This document shows positions 10,743 to 20,587 of a DNA stretch of 64,000 nt, one piece after another. A program made the position numbers and the translations under genes. How positions within the stretch are numbered: the first letter of the stretch is position 1; every line of letters starts with the position of its first letter. The DNA comes from Terriglobia bacterium (GTDB lineage: Bacteria; Acidobacteriota; Terriglobia; 20CM-2-55-15). The notes below the pieces were generated by a model that saw only the letters and a program-made list of their open reading frames with translations, was not told the DNA's origin and did no database searches. Location of the stretch: positions 1,216,001-1,280,000 of the forward strand of contig CBDAOY010000009.1 of assembly GCA_965198225.1 (NCBI GenBank), written 5' to 3'.

Positions 10743-12041
10743 CTAAGCCTCCCAGGTTTGGAGCGTGTGCTTGATGTCGGCCATGAACTGATCGGCGACC
10801 GCCCCGTCGATCACACGGTGGTCGAACGAAAGGGACAGGTACACCATCGGGCGTATCGCGATCGCGTCGTCGATGACGACCGGCCGCTTTTCGATGCCGC
10901 CCATACCCAGAATAGCAACCTGCGGCTGGTTGATGATCGGGGTTCCGAACAGGCCGCCGAAGTTGCCCGGGTTCGTGATCGTGAACGTCCCGCCCTGAAC
11001 CTCATCCGCCGAGAGTTTCTTCGTACGGGCTCTCTCGCCGAGATCGTTCAAGGCCCGCGCCAGTCCGAGCAGGTTCTTCTCGTCGGCGTTCTTGATGACC
11101 GGCACGATCAGTCCCCACTCCAGCGCGACGGCGATTCCGATATTGACGTCCTTCTTGTAGACGATCGAATCTCCGTCGATGGACGAGTTGACGATCGGGA
11201 ACTTCTGAATCGCCCGTACCGCGGCCTGGAGGAAGAACGGCGTTACGGTCAGCTTCGTTCCGGCACGCTCGAACTCGGCCTTCAGCCGGGCCCTGGCAGC
11301 CATGATCGCCGAACAGTCGATCTCGAACAGCGTCGCGACGTGCGCGGACGTGCGGCGGCTCATGACCATGTGTTCGGCGATGGATTTGCGCATCGCCGTC
11401 ATCGGCACCCGTTCGACCGGACCCTTGAACGTTGGGGCGGGAGTAGCCGGTGCGTGTGGGGCGGCAGCGGGTCGGGACGCCGCAGGCGCCGCCGCTGGGC
11501 TGCCCTGCTCGATGAAGCTCAGGATGTCGCGTTTCGTGATTCGTCCGCCGACGCCCGTTCCCTTGTCACGGAGAAGCGTGAGATCAATCCCGTTTTCTCG
11601 GGCGATCCGGCGCACCAATGGTGACGAACGGATGCCGCTTGCCCTGACCGCAGCGCCATCCCCAGCCGCCGCGGGCGCAGCAGCAACGTCCCCAGCCGCC
11701 GCGGCGACGGCCTCCACCGGCGGGGCCGGTTCTTCAACTGCCGGCACCCCTCCGTCACCGGATGTCTCGGCTTCCTGCTCGGGAGCCTCCACCACTGTGC
11801 CTGCTTCGGCGATCAAAGCCACCACGGTGTTGATCTCCACGGTCTGTCCTTCCTCGACGAGGATGTCCTTCAGGACACCGGCCGCGGGAGCGGGGATTTC
11901 CGAATCGACTTTGTCGGTCGAGATTTCGAAAAGGGGCTCGTCCCGCTCGATGGCTTCCCCTTTGTCCTTCAGCCACCGTGTGATGGTGCCTTCAAAAATG
12001 CTTTCGCCCATCTGGGGCATGATCACTTTGGTGTCGGGCAT
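10743..12041 (-). CDS. 2-oxoacid dehydrogenase E2 dihydrolipoamide acyltransferase
   Basis: Lipoyl domain EISTDKVDSEIP, E3-binding SSPLVRRIARE, catalytic DHRVIDG. Confidence 0.95.
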   Translation of the reverse strand: MPDTKVIMPQMGESIFEGTITRWLKDKGEAIERDEPLFEISTDKVDSEIPAPAAGVLKDILVEEGQTVEINTVVALIAEAGTVVEAPEQEAETSGDGGVPAVEEPAPPVEAVAAAAGDVAAAPAAAGDGAAVRASGIRSSPLVRRIARENGIDLTLLRDKGTGVGGRITKRDILSFIEQGSPAAAPAASRPAAAPHAPATPAPTFKGPVERVPMTAMRKSIAEHMVMSRRTSAHVATLFEIDCSAIMAARARLKAEFERAGTKLTVTPFFLQAAVRAIQKFPIVNSSIDGDSIVYKKDVNIGIAVALEWGLIVPVIKNADEKNLLGLARALNDLGERARTKKLSADEVQGGTFTITNPGNFGGLFGTPIINQPQVAILGMGGIEKRPVVIDDAIAIRPMVYLSLSFDHRVIDGAVADQFMADIKHTLQTWEA

Positions 12042-12063
12042 GGAATCGAAGTCCTCGATTCGG

Positions 12064-13038
12064 TCAAAAGGCGTTCAGATTTCTTGCCACGTCGATCACG
12101 TCGGACACCTTAGGGAGGAAGAATTCCTCCAGCGGCGGGCTGTAGGGGACCGGTGTGTCCGGCGCCGTGATCCGTCGTATCGGCCCGTCCAGGTATTCGA
12201 ACGCCTCTTCCGAGATCGTTGCCGCCAATTCGCCTGCGAAGCCCCCCGTGCGGGTGTCCTCGTGCAGGAGGATCACTTTATTGGTTTTCTTCACTGACTC
12301 CAGAACAGCGTCCTTGTCGTAGGGCAGCAGCGTTCTCATGTCGACGACTTCGAGATCGATGCCTTCCTTCTCGAGTTCTTTCGCCGCATCGAGGGCCAGA
12401 AACACCATCGCTCCGTAAGTGATCACGGAAATGTCGCTGCCGCTTCTGCGGACGGCCGCCTTACCGATCGGCACCGTGTAGTCTTCTACCGGCAGCTCTT
12501 CCTTGATGCGGCGGTAGAGGAACTTGTGCTCGAAATAGATGACGGGGTCGGGGTCCCGGATAGCCGCCTTGATCAGACCTTTTGCATCGTACGCCGTCGA
12601 CGGGCAGACCACCTTCAGGCCTGGCGTATGGACGTAGTACATCTCGGGATTCTGGGAGTGGAACGGGCCACCGTGGACGCCCCCGCCGCTCGGGCCACGC
12701 ACGACGATCGGGATACCGGCGCCCCAGCGGTACCGGCACTTGGCGGCGAAGTTCGTGATCTGATCGAAAGCGCAGGATATGAAATCCGCGAACTGCATTT
12801 CGGCAATCGGCCGCATTCCCATCATCGCCGCGCCGATCGCGGTCCCCACGATGGCGGATTCCGAGATCGGGGTGTCGATCACGCGCCCTTCCCCGAATTC
12901 CTCCAGCATTCCCGCCGTCACCTTGAAGGCGCCGCCGTAGATGCCGACGTCCTCACCCAGGATGAACACGCGATCATCGCTGGCCATCTCTTCCCAGATC
13001 CCCTGTTTGATCGCTTCGACGTAGGTTGTCAGTGCCAT
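12064..13038 (-). CDS. 2-oxoacid dehydrogenase E1 beta (branched-chain type likely)
   Basis: GEDVG..GG.F, DTPISE, EMQFADF, GGGVHGGPFHSQ. Confidence 0.93.
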   Translation of the reverse strand: MALTTYVEAIKQGIWEEMASDDRVFILGEDVGIYGGAFKVTAGMLEEFGEGRVIDTPISESAIVGTAIGAAMMGMRPIAEMQFADFISCAFDQITNFAAKCRYRWGAGIPIVVRGPSGGGVHGGPFHSQNPEMYYVHTPGLKVVCPSTAYDAKGLIKAAIRDPDPVIYFEHKFLYRRIKEELPVEDYTVPIGKAAVRRSGSDISVITYGAMVFLALDAAKELEKEGIDLEVVDMRTLLPYDKDAVLESVKKTNKVILLHEDTRTGGFAGELAATISEEAFEYLDGPIRRITAPDTPVPYSPPLEEFFLPKVSDVIDVARNLNAF

Positions 13039-13101
13039 AACACTCGATTCTCGTGTCGGTCCAGGTTGCGACTTCCGGGAAAGCCCGACGACGGGGGCCT
13101 C

Positions 13102-14121
13102 TCAGCCCTCGTAGTAGACGTCTGTGAGGCAGTCTTCAGGGTCGGGGAACGGATCGTTCTCGGCGATCGCGACGCCCTCGTCTACTTCAGCCACGACGCG
13201 CTTCGTGAGTTCATCGATTTCGGCGTCCGTGATGAGTCCCTGTTCAAGCAGGGAGGCCTGCAGTCGCTTGATCGGATCGCGCTTTTCCCAGAATTCGAAG
13301 AGTTCGGGCGGCACGTATCCCGCGTCGTCATGCGCCGAATGGCCGGTCATCCGGAAGGTCTTGCATTCGATCAGGCTGGGGCCGCCGCCGCTCCGTGCCT
13401 TCTCGATAGCTCTCGCAGCGACTTCCCACACTGCGGTGACGTCGTTGCCGTCCACGATCTCTCCCGACATGCCGTAGGCTTCGGCGCGATCGGCGATGTT
13501 TTCGACTGCCATCTGGCGTTCGAGTGGCGTGGAATAGGCATACTGGTTGTTGTTGCAGATGAATACAACCGGGCATTTCAGGACTGCCGCCATATTCATG
13601 CCTTCGTGCCAGTCGCCACGGCTGGTGGCGCCGTCCCCGAAATAACAAATCGAGACGTTCTTCTCGCCCCGCATCTTCATCTTCAGGCCGATTCCAGTCG
13701 CGACCGGGACGTTGTCCCCCAGCATACTGACGAAGGCGACCAGGTTGTACTTCAGCGACCCCATATGCATGTTGCCGTCCTTCCCGCGGGTCGGACCGGT
13801 CTTTCGGCCCATATATTGAGCCAGAATCTCCCGCGGCGGCATCCCCCGGATGAGGAACGCTCCCATGTCCCTGTGGGACACGCAGATGACGTCATCCGGC
13901 TCCGAAAGGATACAGGAGCCCACGGCGATCGCTTCCTGTCCTCGGCCGACGTAGACTCCGCCGACGATCTTCCCCTGGCGGTAGAGTTTCCGCTCGAGAC
14001 GGTCCTCGAGCTCCCGCGTCAGCTTCATGTAATAGAGAAGATCCCGGAGGGTCTGGGGATCGGGCAGCGGCGAGGGAGACGAAACCTGCTCTGTCGAGGC
14101 CTGAGATTTCATCGTTTTCAC
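13102..14121 (-). CDS. 2-oxoacid dehydrogenase E1 alpha
   Basis: TPP-binding GDGA...NN motif, GQEA, RMTGHSAHD. Confidence 0.93.
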   Translation of the reverse strand: MKTMKSQASTEQVSSPSPLPDPQTLRDLLYYMKLTRELEDRLERKLYRQGKIVGGVYVGRGQEAIAVGSCILSEPDDVICVSHRDMGAFLIRGMPPREILAQYMGRKTGPTRGKDGNMHMGSLKYNLVAFVSMLGDNVPVATGIGLKMKMRGEKNVSICYFGDGATSRGDWHEGMNMAAVLKCPVVFICNNNQYAYSTPLERQMAVENIADRAEAYGMSGEIVDGNDVTAVWEVAARAIEKARSGGGPSLIECKTFRMTGHSAHDDAGYVPPELFEFWEKRDPIKRLQASLLEQGLITDAEIDELTKRVVAEVDEGVAIAENDPFPDPEDCLTDVYYEG

Positions 14122-14311
14122 AGTACTACCCGTGCTTCGAACAAAAATCGGCTTGAATTCAACACCCTGTCAGTAAAGGCCAAAGATAGCGCAAAGAGGG
14201 GCTCTTTTCAAGGGTGGCTGAGGGTCTTAAAGGTTGACAAATCCAAATGTTTCAACCCTGTGCGCACGGCAGGGCGGGTGTGGCGCCGTCACTGCGTCGC
14301 ACGTCGCGGAG

Positions 14312-14770
14312 CTAGCGTCGGGGCGTCCGTCCGCCGTATCTTTCCAGCAACTCCAGGTCGAAGCCGGAATGGTCGGGGTGTCGCCCGAACCCCCGGTAGA
14401 TGGCGTGGCAGACGTAACAGACGGTCACCTCGGGGACCATCAGGTAGACCGCGCCGTCAATGACAGCCATACCGACCAAGGCCAGCATCGCAAGGAAAGG
14501 CTCGTTTCTGGCGAAGAAGGCGAGGCTCACCAGGACCCCGATCACCACGATCGTCAGGCCGAGCGCCCTGTTGAAGTCTTTTTGAATGTATAGGTTACTG
14601 TGCCCACACGCGGTGCAGGTGTCGACCGGGCCCCCACGGAGCGTCTGCTCGCTCGGAGCGAGCCGGGTGTCGGCGCCACAATCGGTGCAGGTCATCCCCC
14701 GTGCCGTCTCCGGCGTTGTCTCGAGCTGGATTTCGCATTCAGGGCATTTAAAATGTATAATTTGGCCCAT
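14312..14770 (-). CDS. Membrane protein with four CxxC zinc-ribbon motifs
   Basis: CPEC, CTDC, CTAC, LYIQKDFNRALG, two TM helices, CYVCH; start set at ATG 14770. Confidence 0.75.
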   Translation of the reverse strand: MGQIIHFKCPECEIQLETTPETARGMTCTDCGADTRLAPSEQTLRGGPVDTCTACGHSNLYIQKDFNRALGLTIVVIGVLVSLAFFARNEPFLAMLALVGMAVIDGAVYLMVPEVTVCYVCHAIYRGFGRHPDHSGFDLELLERYGGRTPRR

Positions 14771-15317
14771 GAGATTCACCTTTGGAGCGTTGATTATAAC
14801 GCTGGTTGCGGCGGGTACCGTCCAGGCCCAATCTCTCGCCGACATCGCCCGGGCGGAAAGAGCCCGTCGGGTCGATGCGGCGCCCGGGAGACTCATCAAC
14901 AACGAGAACATCTCGGTTAGTCTCTCCACCCTGGCCCTGGCTCCGCCCCCTGTCGAGCGCGACCAACAGGGACCCGGCGCCGACGAGGTGTCACAGGAGT
15001 CCTCGGAAGAGGTTCGAGAAGAGGCTCGGGATGAGGTGGTCGCCAGCGAAGAAGAGTGGGCCGAATGGGAAGCGGTCGTTGCCGAACAGAGATCCGTGGT
15101 CCAGAGCCTGGAGGATCGAGAGTTGCGCCAGCAACTCGAGATGAACCGGATTCGAAATCTCTTCACCGCACCCGTGACGACCCAGGCTGAACGAGCCCAG
15201 GCCCAGGCGGGGCTCGATCAGGCACAAGCCCAGCTCGACTCCATTCGGATGGAGCTAGAGGAAGCCCGAACGGCCTTGGAAGAAATCCTGGCGCAGGAGC
15301 CCGGGGGGATTCAGTAG
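14769..15317 (+). CDS. Secreted coiled-coil hypothetical protein
   Basis: Signal peptide MRFTFGALIITLVAAGTVQA followed by QSLADIARAERARR; coiled-coil C-terminus. Confidence 0.75.
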   Translation: MRFTFGALIITLVAAGTVQAQSLADIARAERARRVDAAPGRLINNENISVSLSTLALAPPPVERDQQGPGADEVSQESSEEVREEARDEVVASEEEWAEWEAVVAEQRSVVQSLEDRELRQQLEMNRIRNLFTAPVTTQAERAQAQAGLDQAQAQLDSIRMELEEARTALEEILAQEPGGIQ

Positions 15318-15387
15318 TCAGTAGCCAGTAGTCGGTAGTCAGTTGTGGAGGGGGCCAGGCTACTGCCAACTCACAACTGACCACTTC
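15311..15387. repeat. Heptamer tandem repeats (TCAGTAG-like) with a degenerate inverted partner
   Basis: tcagtag tcagtag ccagtag tcggtag tcagttg ... ctactgc caactca caactga ccact. Confidence 0.65.
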
Positions 15388-15391
15388 TTCA

Positions 15392-15467
15392 GGGGTGAGC
15401 GACGGGAATTGAACCCGCGACCACTGGAGCCACAATCCAGCGCTCTACCGACTGAGCTACGCTCACC
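15392..15467 (-). tRNA. tRNA-His(GTG)
   Basis: Reverse complement GGTGAGCGTAGCTCAGTCGGTAGAGCGCTGGATTGTGGCTCCAGTGGTCGCGGGTTCAATTCCCGTCGCTCACCCC; G-1 encoded; terminal A of CCA not encoded. Confidence 0.96.
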
Positions 15468-15542
15468 AGATCGCCCGTGTTGAACCGGGCAACAAGTGAG
15501 TATACCGCACATGGAATCGCGGGACCCGTGGTCCAGGAGCCG

Positions 15543-15881
15543 TTACGGAGTGATCGCGGGTTCGAATCGGCGATCGGCGATCCAGGCCCGGAAGTCCGGT
15601 TTAGTGTCCTCCAGGATGTCGAGCACTGCCCGACGGTCGCCCGCGGAAAGGTGGTCGAATTCCGGAGAATTGTCCCTGCCGCTCAGGATTTCCAACAGCC
15701 GGCTGTAGGCGTGCTCCCTGGCCAGATCCGGCATTCCGTCGAACGACTTCGAGTAGATCAAGTAGCTCAGAGGGTCGATGGGGTCATGCAGCATTTCGGG
15801 GTCGAAATCCTGCGCGGCCGCGGGTTGCTGCATCATGCCGATTCCAACGATCGCGGCGGCCAGCAGTGTGGCGGCAGACAT
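15543..15881 (-). CDS. Small secreted hypothetical protein, possibly an internally deleted derivative
   Basis: Signal peptide ending AAAQ, then PLSYLIYSKSFDGMP...AYSRLLEILSG.D.SPEFDHLS..DRRAVLDILEDTKP. Confidence 0.6.
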   Translation of the reverse strand: MSAATLLAAAIVGIGMMQQPAAAQDFDPEMLHDPIDPLSYLIYSKSFDGMPDLAREHAYSRLLEILSGRDNSPEFDHLSAGDRRAVLDILEDTKPDFRAWIADRRFEPAITP

Positions 15882-16091
15882 GCTCCGTACATACTTCCGA
15901 CCTCGGCGGCCCGGCGGTTCTTGCCAACGCATTGTATAAGTTCTCCGGATTAGAAGCCGCGCTGCGTACCTCTATTACAGGCGACCAGCAGGGGATTCGC
16001 GCCGGTCACGGCTCTTCTTGAAGTTTACAAGAGCCCCGACCTCGGAGATGTGACGCGCGTCACCAGAAGGATGCGTTCAGATCACTCGAGC

Positions 16092-16125
16092 AAAGAAAAG
16101 GCCCGCCGTGGTAGACGGCGGGCCC
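16092..16125 (-). terminator. Rho-independent terminator after korB
   Basis: ggcccgccgt-ggtag-acggcgggcc with an A-tract on the left (U-tract on the minus strand). Confidence 0.8.
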
Positions 16126-16155
16126 GGAACTGTATCGGCCAGAAAGAATGGCGCT

Positions 16156-17205
16156 CTACATCAGCGATTCCATGATTTCCTGCAGCGCTTCGGGTCCAGG
16201 CTGCGTTTCCTCCTGGGTGAGGGTTGCGAGCGGACGGTCGACCATGTTCAACTGCGTCACGAAATCGTCTCCCCCTTCGTTGATGAAAACCAGGCCGGTC
16301 AGCAACTCCTGGCGAGTGGCCGCCTCGGCCAGCGTCTTCAAAGCTCCGATCTTGTCGGTCGGGCTGTATCCCTGGTGCAGCTTGCGCATCCTGAGGTGGG
16401 AACCATCATGTAATTCGACGTCGATGGATTCGCCCTCTCCATAATCCACGTCAATCTGCTCGAAAAACGGCACGAACGAAAGCTCGTGAAGGGCCTCGTC
16501 GTGTGCCTTCGCGAACGGGTAGCTCTTCGTCGAGCCTTCGTGGTTGTTGAACGTCACGCAGGGGCTCACGATATCGAGCAGCGCCGTGCCCCGGTGGCCG
16601 ATTGCGCCCTTGATCAGGCTGATGAGCTGCTTCGGATCACCTGCGAAAGAACGCGCGACGTAGTTGCAGCCCAATTCGACCGCCATCGCGCAGATGTCGA
16701 TGGCCGGCAGATTGTTCAGATCTCCGGCTTTGGATCTGGACCCGTAGTCGGCCGTCGCCGAAAACTGCCCCTTCGTCAGACCGTATACGCCGTTGTTCTC
16801 CACGATGTAGATCATCGGAACGTTCCGCCGGAGGAGATGACAGAACTGCCCAAGCCCGATCGAGGCGCTGTCGCCGTCCCCGCTGACTCCGATGCCCACC
16901 AGCTGTCTGTTCCCGAGAACCGCACCGGTTCCGACCGCCGGCATCCGGCCGTGAACCGCATTCAAGCCGTGAGATTGGTTCAGAAAATAGGCCGGCGTCT
17001 TGCTCGAGCAACCGATGCCGCTGAGTTTCGCCAGCCGGTGCGGCTCCACGCCGTATTCCCAGAATGCCCGGATGATCTGGCTCGTGATCGCATCATGTCC
17101 GCACCCTGCACAAAGGGTGGAATCGCCTCCCTTGTAGTCGGCGACGGGCAGGCCGATCCGGTTGACCTTGCCTCCTCCAGCAGGGGGTTTGACGGTGGTC
17201 GACAT
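16156..17205 (-). CDS. korB: 2-oxoacid:ferredoxin oxidoreductase beta subunit
   Basis: LCAGCGH, SGIGCSS, HGR, GDGD, NNGVYGLTKGQ.S.T, SPCVTFN. Confidence 0.93.
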   Translation of the reverse strand: MSTTVKPPAGGGKVNRIGLPVADYKGGDSTLCAGCGHDAITSQIIRAFWEYGVEPHRLAKLSGIGCSSKTPAYFLNQSHGLNAVHGRMPAVGTGAVLGNRQLVGIGVSGDGDSASIGLGQFCHLLRRNVPMIYIVENNGVYGLTKGQFSATADYGSRSKAGDLNNLPAIDICAMAVELGCNYVARSFAGDPKQLISLIKGAIGHRGTALLDIVSPCVTFNNHEGSTKSYPFAKAHDEALHELSFVPFFEQIDVDYGEGESIDVELHDGSHLRMRKLHQGYSPTDKIGALKTLAEAATRQELLTGLVFINEGGDDFVTQLNMVDRPLATLTQEETQPGPEALQEIMESLM

Positions 17206-17207
17206 GA

Positions 17208-19061
17208 CTAATTACCTTCTCCTTTCTCGGCACCGACGACTTCGTCCGTGATGAATCGGGCATCCATCGGAATTCCGGTGTAGTGCAGCAAGCTCCGGAG
17301 CTTGGCGATTCTGTCGGGCGAGAGCTCCATCTTCATCAAACCCGCCATCTGAGCGTCCCGGTTTTGTTCGATGACGTAGACCCGGTCGCAGCGGTCGATG
17401 AATTCGACGAGGCTCTCACCGAACGGGATGGCCCGCAGCCTGAAATAATTGGTCTTCAGGTCGTACTCAGTCTCCAACTCATGACGGCTCTCGGCAACCG
17501 CGACGTCCGTTGTCCCGAAGGCGAGCAGTCCGACCTGAGCCCCATCGACATAGTCGATCCGCGGTGCCGGTACACGCGTTCGAGCCGTCTCGTATTTGCG
17601 CGTCAGCCGATCCATGTTGTTCTTGTAGTCGTCGGCGCGCTCGCTGTATGCCGCCCGCTCATCATGGCCGCTGCCACGCGTGAAGTAGGCGCCCAGGATA
17701 TGGTCGGTACCGGGCAGGGTACGGTAAGGGATCGCATCCCCGTCGACGTCGAGATAACGTTGGAAGTCTCCGATGCGGTCGAGGTCTTCGGCGCTCAGTA
17801 CCTTGCCGCGATCGAGCTTACGCGTCGGGTACTCGAACTGGTCCGACATCCAGTTGTTCATGCCCAGGTCCAGATCAGTCATCACGAATACCGGAGTCTG
17901 GAGACGTTCGGCGAGATCGAAAGCGTCCATCGACATGGTGAAGCATTCTTCGATGTTGCTCGGTATGAGCACGACGTGTTTCGTGTCGCCATGCGACAGG
18001 AAGGTCAGCGACAGGATGTCGGACTGCTGGGTCCGGGTCGGCAGACCGGTGCTGGGCCCGACGCGCACCACGTCGAAGATCACGACAGGTACTTCAGCGT
18101 AGTAGGCAAAGCCGGTGAACTCGGCCATCAGCGAGATGCCCGGCCCGGAAGTCGAAGTCATCGACCTGGCCCCCGCCCAACCGGCACCGATGGCCATCCC
18201 GACGGCCGCCAGCTCGTCTTCGGCCTGCACGATCGCATACGTCGCCTTCCCGTCTTCCTCGTGCCGGTATTTCTCCATGTAGTCGCCCAGCGACTCGCAG
18301 AGAGACGACGACGGTGTGATGGGATACCAGGTCGCGACGGTGACACCCGCGAACATCGCACCGAGTGCGCAGGCCGAGTTGCCGTCGATGATGATCTTTC
18401 CGGCGGTCTTGTCGGACCTTTCGCAGCAGAAAGGGTCCTGTTTCTCGAGATTCTCGCGGGCGTAGCGCATGCCGACGTCAATAGCCTGCATGTTCAACTC
18501 GATTGCTTTCGTCTTCCCTTTGAACTGCTTCCCTATCGCTCTTTCGATTTCCCCCAAATCGATCTGAAGCAACTCACCGACGACGCCGACGTAGAGCATG
18601 TTCGCCAGCAGTTTGCGGAGGCGAGAATCCTTGGCGAGGTCAGTCGCCAGCTTCGCGAACGGTACGGGATAGAAGACAAGATCGTCGCGCAGGGATGACA
18701 GATTCAGCTTCTCTTCGTACACCACGACCCGTCCCGGTTCCAGATCCTTGACGTCCTCTTCGGCTGTCTGGGGATTCATGGCGACTAGAAAATCGAGTTT
18801 CTTGCGGCGTGCCGTCCAACCGTCCTTGTTTGCCCGGATTGTGAACCAGGTCGGAAGACCTGCAATGTTGGAGGGAAATAAGTTCTTACCGCTGACAGGG
18901 ATCCCCATCTGGAAGATCGATCGCATCAGGACCGAGTTGGCCGACTGACTGCCCGAGCCGTTTACAGTCGCCACCTGAATGCTGAAATCGTTTAGGACAG
19001 GGCCCCCTCCTTCTCCGTTCTCGTCGTCAACAACCGCTGCCTGAGGGGCTTGCTGTGACAC
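17208..19061 (-). CDS. korA: 2-oxoacid:acceptor oxidoreductase alpha subunit
   Basis: NGSGSQS, YPITPSS, QAEDELAA, TSGPGISLM, R.GPSTGLPT; GTG start at 19061 with AAGGAG RBS. Confidence 0.93.
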   Translation of the reverse strand: MSQQAPQAAVVDDENGEGGGPVLNDFSIQVATVNGSGSQSANSVLMRSIFQMGIPVSGKNLFPSNIAGLPTWFTIRANKDGWTARRKKLDFLVAMNPQTAEEDVKDLEPGRVVVYEEKLNLSSLRDDLVFYPVPFAKLATDLAKDSRLRKLLANMLYVGVVGELLQIDLGEIERAIGKQFKGKTKAIELNMQAIDVGMRYARENLEKQDPFCCERSDKTAGKIIIDGNSACALGAMFAGVTVATWYPITPSSSLCESLGDYMEKYRHEEDGKATYAIVQAEDELAAVGMAIGAGWAGARSMTSTSGPGISLMAEFTGFAYYAEVPVVIFDVVRVGPSTGLPTRTQQSDILSLTFLSHGDTKHVVLIPSNIEECFTMSMDAFDLAERLQTPVFVMTDLDLGMNNWMSDQFEYPTRKLDRGKVLSAEDLDRIGDFQRYLDVDGDAIPYRTLPGTDHILGAYFTRGSGHDERAAYSERADDYKNNMDRLTRKYETARTRVPAPRIDYVDGAQVGLLAFGTTDVAVAESRHELETEYDLKTNYFRLRAIPFGESLVEFIDRCDRVYVIEQNRDAQMAGLMKMELSPDRIAKLRSLLHYTGIPMDARFITDEVVGAEKGEGN

Positions 19062-19292
19062 GTGTTCTCCTTTCCCGCGCCTGGAGTCGTGACCTGGGTT
19101 AGGGGAACTCTTCGGCACCCCACCCAAACAGCTAACTATAACATGAAATACCTGCGTGTACAGGACGTTGGTTTAGGCGTTTAGGACCTTTTAAGGTCCC
19201 TGAATCAGGGGCTTTGGGCCGTTTTCGAAGTCGCCTTCGATCGGTGGGAAGCAGCGGCCGGAACTGCGGCTGGAATGTCCCGGCGTCCTCAA

Positions 19293-19366
<74 letters not shown>

Positions 19367-19528
19367 AAATACTTCGCACATCTCAGGACACAAGTATATC
19401 GCCTTTCTATTCTTCCTCTCTGGCCGCCGTTCGGGTCCTGTTCTGGCTGGACCACTGGTGAAACTTTCCGTGAGGTTTTGCGTCTAAGCGCTCATGGTCT
19501 TTGCCTATCAATTCCTCGGGAGGGGGCG

Positions 19529-20380
19529 ATGAATACAATCATCAGACACGTTTTCTTGCTGGCCGTCCTCATGTCACTGGCCGCGACCGGCTTTTCCGAC
19601 ACACTGGTCCTGAAGGGTGGCGAGACGATCACAGGCTATTACGAAGGGGGAACCGCCAGGGTGATCCGCTTCCGGACCGAAGACGGCGTCAAGGAGTACG
19701 ACCTGCTTTCCGTGCCCCGGATCCAGTTTGGAGACGAGCCGGTCAGCCTGGCCGTTGAGCCGGGAGTTCGGGAGCCGGAACCCATTGACGCCGAAGAACC
19801 CGATGTTCGCTTGCGAACCAGGGAGGAAGGCCCCGTCGTACCCACTTCGACGGCCGCTGCAGAACCCGCCTACACCGTACCCACCGGATCGGCTCTCCTG
19901 GTTCGGATGATCGACAGCATCGACAGCGAGGTCGACAAGGTGGGCCAGACGTTTACCGCAACGCTGGCCGATCCGCTCGTGATCGAGGGTGTTGAAGTGG
20001 CCGCTCGTGGTTCGGACCTGAGGGGCCGGATCACGGAGGTCGAGGACGCCGGGAGAGTTCGGGGATCCGCGGAATTGCGCCTGGAGCTGACGCAGATCGT
20101 CGTCAACGGCATTCCATATGCACTCACGACAGCCGAGTATCAGGAGGTTGGTGAGGGCCGCGGTGAAGAGACCGCCAGCCGCATGGGTAAGGCGGCGGGA
20201 GTCGGAGCCCTGATCGGTTTGATTGCCGGTGGCGGGAAAGGTGCGGCCATCGGGGCCGGAGTCGGCGCGGGCGCGGCCGGCGTGGTCCAGGTGATGACGA
20301 AGGGCGAGCAGCTGTACATTCCAGCCGAGACGCTGCTGGAGTTTACGATCCGCGAACCACTGGTAATCGCTTCAAAGTAG
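19529..20380 (+). CDS. Secreted protein with a beta-rich domain and glycine zipper
   Basis: Signal peptide; TVPTGS.LLVRMIDSIDS, GQTF.ATL..P, GALIGLIAGGGKGAAIGAGVGAG, IPAETLLEF. Confidence 0.85.
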   Translation: MNTIIRHVFLLAVLMSLAATGFSDTLVLKGGETITGYYEGGTARVIRFRTEDGVKEYDLLSVPRIQFGDEPVSLAVEPGVREPEPIDAEEPDVRLRTREEGPVVPTSTAAAEPAYTVPTGSALLVRMIDSIDSEVDKVGQTFTATLADPLVIEGVEVAARGSDLRGRITEVEDAGRVRGSAELRLELTQIVVNGIPYALTTAEYQEVGEGRGEETASRMGKAAGVGALIGLIAGGGKGAAIGAGVGAGAAGVVQVMTKGEQLYIPAETLLEFTIREPLVIASK

Positions 20381-20390
20381 GGTTGATCAC

Positions 20391-20587
20391 GTGTAGGTGC
20401 GGTCTATGACCGCACAACTGGTGGGTCCGCTCTTCGTTCGTAAGGTTCTGCTGATCCAACACCCGGGGACGGGGCAAGCCCCGTCCCCCTCACAGTGGCT
20501 CTCTCACGGACCGGGTCGCCTGGGCTATTCCGCTTCCTTCGCATTCGTCGAACCCGAAAAATGTGCGGTCATAGACCGCACCTACAC
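20391..20587. repeat. REPIN-like cluster: two inward-facing family-1 REPs enclosing a family-2 REP
   Basis: REPs at 20391-20415 (+) and 20563-20587 (-); ggggacggggcaagccccgtcccc hairpin at about 20459-20494. Confidence 0.85.

Noticed and set aside
9975-14463. Long + strand ORFs (549 aa and 645 aa)
   Set aside because: They are antisense shadows of cysE and the E2/E1 genes, expected in high-GC DNA, and have no motifs.
14312-14770. CYVCH as a heme c site in the Zn-ribbon membrane protein
   Set aside because: There is no export signal and three other CxxC pairs are present, so zinc binding is the simpler explanation.
19184-19199. Palindrome ggacctt-tt-aaggtcc upstream of korA
   Set aside because: It is short, single-copy and matches no operator I recognise.
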